Source: Amoeboradix gromovi X-113
Taxonomy: Eukaryota; Fungi; Sanchytriomycota
Direction: 5' to 3'
Assembly: GCA_018985225.1 (NCBI GenBank)
Contig: JADGIF010000433.1
Location: forward strand, 1-8,649
DNA: 8,649 nucleotides
Part shown: one piece after another, positions 1-5,827 of the stretch
Numbering within the stretch: position 1 is the stretch's first letter
How the letters are laid out: every line of letters starts with the position of its first letter
Notes under the pieces: model-generated
The model's database searches: none
Told to the model about the DNA's origin: nothing
The model's input: the letters and a program-made list of their open reading frames with translations, nothing else
Translations under genes and position numbers: made by a program

Positions 1-2
1 TT

Positions 3-143
3 ATTTCTTTAGATTTCACATATTCTGGATCATGGCGCTTTGACCCATCCCTCATTGATGATAAGGAAGAAGAGCGCGTATTTATGCCGATCGAAAAAAT
101 AAGAAAGCGTGAAGATTGGTCGTTATTGCTCGTGTATTCTTGA
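3..143 (+). CDS. 3' end of a probable gene entering from the left edge (partial, product unknown)
   Basis: Frame +3 is open from base 3 to TGA at 141-143: ISLDFTYSGSWRFDPSLIDDKEEERVFMPIEKIRKREDWSLLLVYS*. The composition is protein-like, and the W.FD...LLLVY pattern loosely recalls the C-terminus of USP/C19 peptidases, but the fragment is too short to assign. Confidence 0.5.
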   Translation: MSLDFTYSGSWRFDPSLIDDKEEERVFMPIEKIRKREDWSLLLVYS

Positions 144-339
144 TATATCATTTATTCTTGAAATTTTAAGAGCTGGAATTATCATGATACAAGTGGGGGT
201 CAGTAATTCGCAAGGGTAAAAGACACTTTGAGTTGATCAACTTATTTATTATACTTACTGTTATTATACATACCACTTGTCAAATACATTCTTAAAGTAA
301 AACGGTTCAAATGATTCGTGAATTAGATGTATTGCATCG

Positions 340-1989
340 TCACTTGGCTAAATTAGTTAAAATTACAGCTTTGCTCAATAAAAACTCCTTATATCCGTCC
401 ATTATCATTGTCTGTGCGCTTGTTTTTTGCCTTTTGATAAAAACAAAGTGGCCAATTGGTGTAGTTATGAAACAATGTGGATACTGATTCAAAATTTGCT
501 TGTTCGGTTTACCCTCGTGTACCAAGAACTGCTTTGTATCTTTTATAATCACTATATCGGATGAATCCGATTTTATCTCTTTTTGTATTGGAGATGTCGC
601 CGGTGTGGCTACTGCAACGTTGTGGTACATTTTCGAGTTTTCTAGTTTTGGAGCATAGTCAGTTAAAGTTGTCTTTGTAGCCAATATTTTATTAATCTTA
701 AGTAAAGAGTTAGGGTCTTTAATGGCAGAATTAATAGCATGTTCATCGAATCCATCCACAAATGTAATTTTCTTTAAACTACAAAATTCTTTAATTTGAC
801 TGGTAAACTGCATCTTTTGGATTGGCTTAACGTTTACAAGCAAGACAAAGCAGTGAGTAGATGTAACCAATATCTGGGAGATGTTCTCATAGTAAGTTGT
901 TGTCAATAACAATGGATTTAGATGAACAAAGTAAAAGTGATTTTCTTCTCTTTCCTTGATTGATTTTAATCTTTGCAGTGGTACCGACTCCGAATTAGAA
1001 GAATTTGTAGTGACAGTAGATGATGGCTCTGTGGATTTCTTGAGTGAAAATCCATTTGCTAAAATGTTACCAAATCCCATCTTCTTATCTAATCCTGGAA
1101 TCTTTCTAACTGCTGGTTCATCCATGTTAGGACTTGCCAAGTTGGAGTAGGAGCTGGCAAGTGGAGATTTAACAGGGCTATTAGATGTGCTATCCTTTGT
1201 AGGGCTAGTTACATTACTAGAAGTGTTACTATCCTTTACAGTGCTGGCGACAAGCGGGCTGGATTGATTAGTGTTAGAGGCGCTTGAAGATGAAATGGCA
1301 GTTTTAGTCTGTTCGATTAAATCTTGGGGTTTTGATTCGGCATTTAATTTGTTTGGTGAAGATGGTGAGGATGCGTTGGAGGATGGTCTAGACTTCTTTT
1401 TAAAGAAAGAAGTATTTATGTGATCCGAGGATTTCGCATTTGAAGTTGGTGATTCAACTGGTGACGACAAAAGTTGAGGGGAAGATTTCATTTCTAATGT
1501 GGCTATGGATTTAGATTCAGGAACAATAGATTTAACAGGTAGTTCAGCCAATTTGCTGTTGGATTCGGTTACAGACTCAGGAGACTTGTATTCTACCTTG
1601 ATAAAATCATCCTTATCACTATTTGGTTCATCTGTAGTTTCTTTTGATTTATGCTCAATATTCTCTTCTGTTTGTTGTTTATTCTGGGCTTTTTCTTCTT
1701 TAAGCTCGATATTCTCAAGCTCTTTGCTTGTTTCTTTCGTAACCTCTTTACTATCTTTTAATGAAGGGTCCTTGTCATCATTGAGCGATAGCGCTTTGTT
1801 GGTATCTTTTTTAACTTCAACTTTCTTTAGTGGTAGTCCAAGTGGAATCATTCCAAATCCCATTCGTTTCTCTGGTTCTTTTCTAGCTTCTATCTCTATT
1901 TCTTTGATGCTCAAATGCTCCACTTCTATCTCTTCATCTTGCTTAATAGTTTGTTCAAAATCGTAGTTAAACCAACTTGTTCTGGACAT
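340..1989 (-). CDS. Hypothetical protein with a long Glu/Lys-rich and Ser/Pro/Thr-rich disordered region, repeated MGFG..LKK (WH2-like) motifs and a globular C-terminal domain; possible actin cytoskeleton protein
   Basis: 549-codon ORF. Two similar motifs, KRMGFGMIPLGLPLKKV (aa 41-57) and KKMGFGNILANGFSLKKS (aa ~302-319). The region after aa ~350 looks hydrophobic and folded. The true 5' end may extend upstream through a tiny intron. Confidence 0.85.
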   Translation of the reverse strand: MSRTSWFNYDFEQTIKQDEEIEVEHLSIKEIEIEARKEPEKRMGFGMIPLGLPLKKVEVKKDTNKALSLNDDKDPSLKDSKEVTKETSKELENIELKEEKAQNKQQTEENIEHKSKETTDEPNSDKDDFIKVEYKSPESVTESNSKLAELPVKSIVPESKSIATLEMKSSPQLLSSPVESPTSNAKSSDHINTSFFKKKSRPSSNASSPSSPNKLNAESKPQDLIEQTKTAISSSSASNTNQSSPLVASTVKDSNTSSNVTSPTKDSTSNSPVKSPLASSYSNLASPNMDEPAVRKIPGLDKKMGFGNILANGFSLKKSTEPSSTVTTNSSNSESVPLQRLKSIKEREENHFYFVHLNPLLLTTTYYENISQILVTSTHCFVLLVNVKPIQKMQFTSQIKEFCSLKKITFVDGFDEHAINSAIKDPNSLLKINKILATKTTLTDYAPKLENSKMYHNVAVATPATSPIQKEIKSDSSDIVIIKDTKQFLVHEGKPNKQILNQYPHCFITTPIGHFVFIKRQKTSAQTMIMDGYKEFLLSKAVILTNLAK

Positions 1990-2361
1990 GCTGTTTCAGA
2001 TTCATGAAAAGTTACCCAATCACATATGTCATATATCCAGCAAATTTCCTCAAACTCAAAATGTTATTTTCAATACTAGTTTACTGCTCCGGTGAGCCTG
2101 CTCTAGGGCCAGATACTACTGACCCTGATAAAGTTCAGTGTCCCTTTATAAATAATCGCATCAAATGTCCTACAAACTCTTCTCCAGACTTGCCAATCCT
2201 GGCAACGATGGCTTTGATGGTATTCAGCCAAATTTAAGAAATAAATCGAATATGTTTATTAAGATGTTTAAAGTTGTGTTTAAAACTACCTTTTTTGAAG
2301 CTCCGCTCTTCCCCAGGAATCGCAGAATAAAGCCGAGATAACTTTGAGAGCCAAAAGTTTA

Positions 2362-4449
2362 TTAAAAATCGAATATGCTCTTCTTTCTTTGTATCGGTTC
2401 TTCTTGCTTTTCATCGTCTGTAGGAGTTTTTGTATTTGGAAAATCCTTCCAGAGTGTCGATTCTTCTAGTAACTGCGTCTCGATTTCTACTTTGCATATC
2501 TCTTTGTTGATCCATGGGAGGTCTACAAGTTCTCTTCCACTAGGTCGATCATACCAACCAATGCTTAAACAATTTTGCAATACCAAGTCAGCCCAAACAG
2601 TTATACTGTTTACATTGCCTTTTAACTGTATCTTAGACTCAACGTCTACATCTATTATTGCATTATTCCTCATCATCATAAGCTCATATTCTACCAAGCT
2701 CTCTTCATCTACATTTATAGCCTTGAAATCGCCTGTCAAAATCTTCTTAGTTAGCCTTGGCTGAAACTCGTCAATAAAAGGTAGATCACCACTAATCATG
2801 CTGTACAATATGACGCCTAATGCCCATATGTCTACACCAGTCAAATACTTGTTAATCAGTGCATCAAGCTGCTTTCTATAAGGGTTTGAGGAGGAATGAA
2901 CAAACTTGAACTTGTTTCGTTTGTTACTGTAAAGACTAAACATGTTCAACTTGGTATCGGTTGCCGAATCACTTATTATCTCCACTTTTCTATTTATTAT
3001 ATCATCTATTAATGGTAGATTATTCGCTAGTTCTTCAGGCGCACAATACTCTAGACTTCCGGTTGCTTTACTTTCAGAGTACAATGGTATAGAATCCAGA
3101 TAGTCGCTCAACTGTGGGTCAATAGAACTAATGAAATTTTGAGATTGAAAACTGCTCATGGGTGTAGAAGTGTTACTGCAGTTTATAGGTATCAGCCTAT
3201 TGACATGCGAGAGGATAGATTGCAGTTCCTTGTGTTTCTCATCGATACACAAAGATAATCCGAAATCAGTAATTTTACAGTTTATGATCTCAGTATCTTT
3301 AAAAATGAGAATGTTATCCAGCTTGAGATCGTTGTGAACTATATGTATAGAATGTAAATAATTGATAGCACTCAGTAGCTGACTAAAAAGATGGCGAGCT
3401 AAAGACTCGGAAATTCCTGTTTGCTGAACAACTACTGGATCCAAAGTATTTAAAAAAAGAGAGTTGAGATTACTGAAAGAGCTAGGTGTACTCGATTCAG
3501 GAGAATCTATAAAATTAGAAGTTATGACTTCTGGCGGGTTACAAGACGCAGATGTGTTTGGACGATTAAGAGTGCTTGAAGACAAAATTTCGCTATTATT
3601 ACTGAATGAGCCAATCTGCCATGAGCTACGAGGTCTTTGATAGTCCGCCACTGAAGAACGCCGATGTATTTCCCTTTTTTGTTTGTTTTGATTTAAATGA
3701 TGAATAAAATCAAGAAGAGTACCATGCATAAGCTCCATAACTAGAAACACTGCCTCGTTGGTATACAAAACATTCACTAGGCTAAGTATGTTGGGATGCT
3801 TCAAGTGCTGCCAAATCAATAGCTCATGTTGAACGTGAGCATCTAGTTTATCGTCAAGGCCAATGACAAAGGCGTGGTTTAATACCACTTTTAAAGCTAC
3901 CTTTGACTGCCCTTTTAACATTTGAGCTTGGTACACATTAGCAAAACTGCCTCTACCAATACACTTTTCAATCTTGTAATCATCAATCACATCATCAGGT
4001 TGCAGCAGATCGATTGTAGTAGTTGGATATTTGGGTTGCTCTTTAACTACTTCAGTCACAGCACGTCGCAAAACACTTTTAGTTCTTTTCAAAGCCACGG
4101 GGTCTTTTTTAGTGATAACTTTGATATTACCAGTATCGTTATTTTGCTTAGTTCCTAGGGTATACCTCAGGGCCCATTGATGCAGCGTATTATGTCTAGC
4201 GTCATAATACATGCTGTTGACTTCATCATGTTTGACCTTGGATGGTTTATTTGAGTTGGAATTTAGCAAAGATTGGGATCTATTCAATACCGTTAATTGA
4301 CGTGCCTGGCTTGGTGAAATTCCATGTTTATTCATTGTATAAATTTGTTTTTCATTGGGAAGCATTCGTAACCGACGTTTGAAGGGACCTAATCTGCATG
4401 AATTGATTGCCCTACCAGTGTCACAAAAATAACTATATGACACAGCCAT
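2362..4449 (-). CDS. Ser/Thr protein kinase, CAMK group, fungal Nnk1-like
   Basis: All core motifs are present: GRGSFANV, VALK, helix-C Glu (HELLIW), HNDLKLDN, DFG, GSLEYCAPE, DIWALGVILY. LPFIDEFQPRL resembles the EFEPRL-type segment I recall from fungal Nnk1 kinases. The ORF ends in TAA TAA. The start codon is uncertain (M1, M29 or M39). Confidence 0.95.
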   Translation of the reverse strand: MAVSYSYFCDTGRAINSCRLGPFKRRLRMLPNEKQIYTMNKHGISPSQARQLTVLNRSQSLLNSNSNKPSKVKHDEVNSMYYDARHNTLHQWALRYTLGTKQNNDTGNIKVITKKDPVALKRTKSVLRRAVTEVVKEQPKYPTTTIDLLQPDDVIDDYKIEKCIGRGSFANVYQAQMLKGQSKVALKVVLNHAFVIGLDDKLDAHVQHELLIWQHLKHPNILSLVNVLYTNEAVFLVMELMHGTLLDFIHHLNQNKQKREIHRRSSVADYQRPRSSWQIGSFSNNSEILSSSTLNRPNTSASCNPPEVITSNFIDSPESSTPSSFSNLNSLFLNTLDPVVVQQTGISESLARHLFSQLLSAINYLHSIHIVHNDLKLDNILIFKDTEIINCKITDFGLSLCIDEKHKELQSILSHVNRLIPINCSNTSTPMSSFQSQNFISSIDPQLSDYLDSIPLYSESKATGSLEYCAPEELANNLPLIDDIINRKVEIISDSATDTKLNMFSLYSNKRNKFKFVHSSSNPYRKQLDALINKYLTGVDIWALGVILYSMISGDLPFIDEFQPRLTKKILTGDFKAINVDEESLVEYELMMMRNNAIIDVDVESKIQLKGNVNSITVWADLVLQNCLSIGWYDRPSGRELVDLPWINKEICKVEIETQLLEESTLWKDFPNTKTPTDDEKQEEPIQRKKSIFDF

Positions 4450-4648
4450 TGATTTTACTTGAATAGCTCGATTGTTTTCTTGAATAAATCATTTATCGCG
4501 AATTTGTATGCATTTTTGTATGATTTCATGACTTTTTCAGATTTTTCTAATAGCTCAAACACTCGATATTCTTCCTTTTCACAAATGTTAAGTCAATTCT
4601 AAAGAGATAACTAACAGGTACAGCATACATTCGTCTCAGAATGATAAG

Positions 4649-5025
4649 CTGGTCCAAACATGGAAATTCGATGCCATGTACAATATGTGGCACTCTAAAG
4701 AAAACCAATTTGGAGAGCTATTCATGTATATAGTGTCATTTGGAAGTGGGCATGGACCACATGGCACCAAGGAACAAATTCGATGACATGTACGAGGTAT
4801 GGTACTTTTAAGAAAACTAATTTAGAAACCTGATCCTGTACAAAGTGTCATTTGGAAATGGATAGAGACCATATGGCTGCAAGGAACATATATATCAAGT
4901 ATCTGCATCCTTATTCAATCCCGCCTCAGGGTAGTGAAAGCGTGAGCAATCACTGTAACGGAGAAACTAGCATTGCTGGTTTCTCTGTGGAAATTCTCGA
5001 TTTTCTAGGAAATCAGGTCTTTTAA
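4649..5025 (+). pseudogene. Decayed C-terminal fragment(s) of a TnpB/Fanzor2-like RNA-guided nuclease (Zn ribbon + RuvC-III)
   Basis: Frame +3 from 4665 reads NSMPCTICGTLKKTNLESYSCI*CHLEVGMDHMAPRN (TAG at 4731). Frame +1 from 4777 reads NSMTCTRYGTFKKTNLET*SCTKCHLEMDRDHMAARNIYIKYL... (TGA at 4831, terminal TAA at 5023-5025). This matches the TnpB/OrfB pattern TSxxCxxCG-x(n)-CxxC-x4-DRDxxAAxNI. Confidence 0.8.
4664..4887 (+). repeat. Tandem duplication, 2 x 112 bp (4664-4775 and 4776-4887)
   Basis: Ungapped hand alignment gives about 25 mismatches in 112 bp (~78% identity). Both units begin aaattcgatg and end caaggaac. Confidence 0.95.
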
Positions 5026-5035
5026 CGAGGAGACT
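4918..5035 (+). ncRNA. Candidate omegaRNA scaffold / structured transposon right end of the TnpB/Fanzor relic
   Basis: Consecutive hairpins follow the RuvC-III motif: gtga-GCAA-tcac (4942-4953, GNRA loop); a 14-bp stem acggagaaactagc-att-gctggtttctctgt (4958-4988, two GU pairs); gatttt-ctag-gaaatc (4999-5014); gtctttt-aacg-aggagac (5017-5034). The position matches TnpB/Fanzor omegaRNAs, which overlap the 3' end of the ORF. Confidence 0.5.
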
Positions 5036-5053
5036 ATTTATCGTGATTACAAG

Positions 5054-5410
5054 TGGGACACCAGATATAAAAACTAGACCAAGTCGTCTTAAAGGAGGTG
5101 CTCCATAAGGAGGAAGTATTATTATTAATAAAAGTCCTTTTTCTTTCATTAATCTCATTCACCTCTTTCAAATATACGAGGTCTTTGAGTGTCTAAGCAA
5201 AAGGCGCATTTCTTAGACGATACACTTTATCTGTTCCTTTTTCTTTTTCTTCTACCACCTTCCACCTTTCGTAAAACTTATTTTTTGTTTTCTCTTCTTA
5301 TTATTCGTTGATTCTAAGATTGTCATGGATGTAAAGCTTACATACTAAAATAATTTACTTGAACCAATCCGATTAATTTAATCTAATTTATTATCGGTTA
5401 ATACACTTGA
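5054..5410. repeat. Dispersed repeat, copy 1 (likely non-autonomous mobile element)
   Basis: 5054-5204 matches 8428-8595 (4 substitutions, a 1-bp indel and a 16-bp indel). About 5362-5410 matches about 8599-8649. The copy is bounded by CAAGTG (5050-5055) and CACTTG (5404-5409). Confidence 0.9.
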
Positions 5411-5415
5411 AATAA

Positions 5416-5613
5416 TGCTACAAACTGTTTCAGAAAGTTAGTCCAGTTTTTATATTTGATGATACAAGCGTTCATTCTCGCTATAATTTTCGAAGTGAAG
5501 ATCTCGATACTATCTGCACTAGCAAATATCTCCAAATCGCCATAGATTATGGTAAGCACAAAGAGGTGGTGCAGAGTACATTCTTAAACATTCAGAAACT
5601 AGTTCGGACTTGA
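5416..5613 (+). pseudogene. Possible decayed coding fragment (no ATG), origin unknown
   Basis: 65 stop-free codons in AT-rich DNA: CYKLFQKVSPVFIFDDTSVHSRYNFRSEDLDTICTSKYLQIAIDYGKHKEVVQSTFLNIQKLVRT*. Further protein-like but stop-interrupted stretches continue to about 5820. Confidence 0.25.
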
Positions 5614-5827
5614 ATTTTAAATGATAATTGTAATGCCGAATCCAACATATAAAATTCTGTGCATAGTTGGTTGACTATGTACAAGAAGAATCGTCAGAAA
5701 ATGTCCTGAATGGGCTATTGTAAGAGTCTCAAAAACCATGCCGAGTTGCTTTTGAGGTCATTTTTGCAAAATTTGTTAATATGGACGTTCAACAAACTTG
5801 CTCATAAAAACTGCAAGGTTAAAACTT

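Noticed and set aside
956-2764. Plus-strand ORFs 956-1150, 1499-1966, 1977-2237 and 2375-2764
   Set aside because: Three lie antisense to well-supported genes with the Ser/Leu/Phe-rich shadow composition. 1977-2237 has a non-ATG start and no recognisable motif.
4345-4383. Kinase N-terminal FKRRLRMLPNEKQ resembling the TnpB N-terminal K.RLYP..EQ motif
   Set aside because: The match is short, the following residues do not fit, and it is on the strand opposite the relic, so it is probably coincidental.
4664-4887. CRISPR-like array interpretation of the tandem repeat
   Set aside because: Only two full-length diverged units with no unique spacers, in a eukaryotic context; better explained as coding relics.
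4967-5326. Minus-strand ORF 4967-5158 and a Lys-rich frame from the ATG at 5326 inside the repeat
   Set aside because: The frame has multiple stops, is not preserved in copy 2 (1-bp and 16-bp indels), and shows no recognisable domain. A decayed element ORF start cannot be excluded but is unsupported.
5392-5401. tatcgg-TTAA as a piggyBac-type terminus with a TTAA target site
   Set aside because: Homology between the two copies continues past TTAA, and no matching TTAA-CCG left end is seen.
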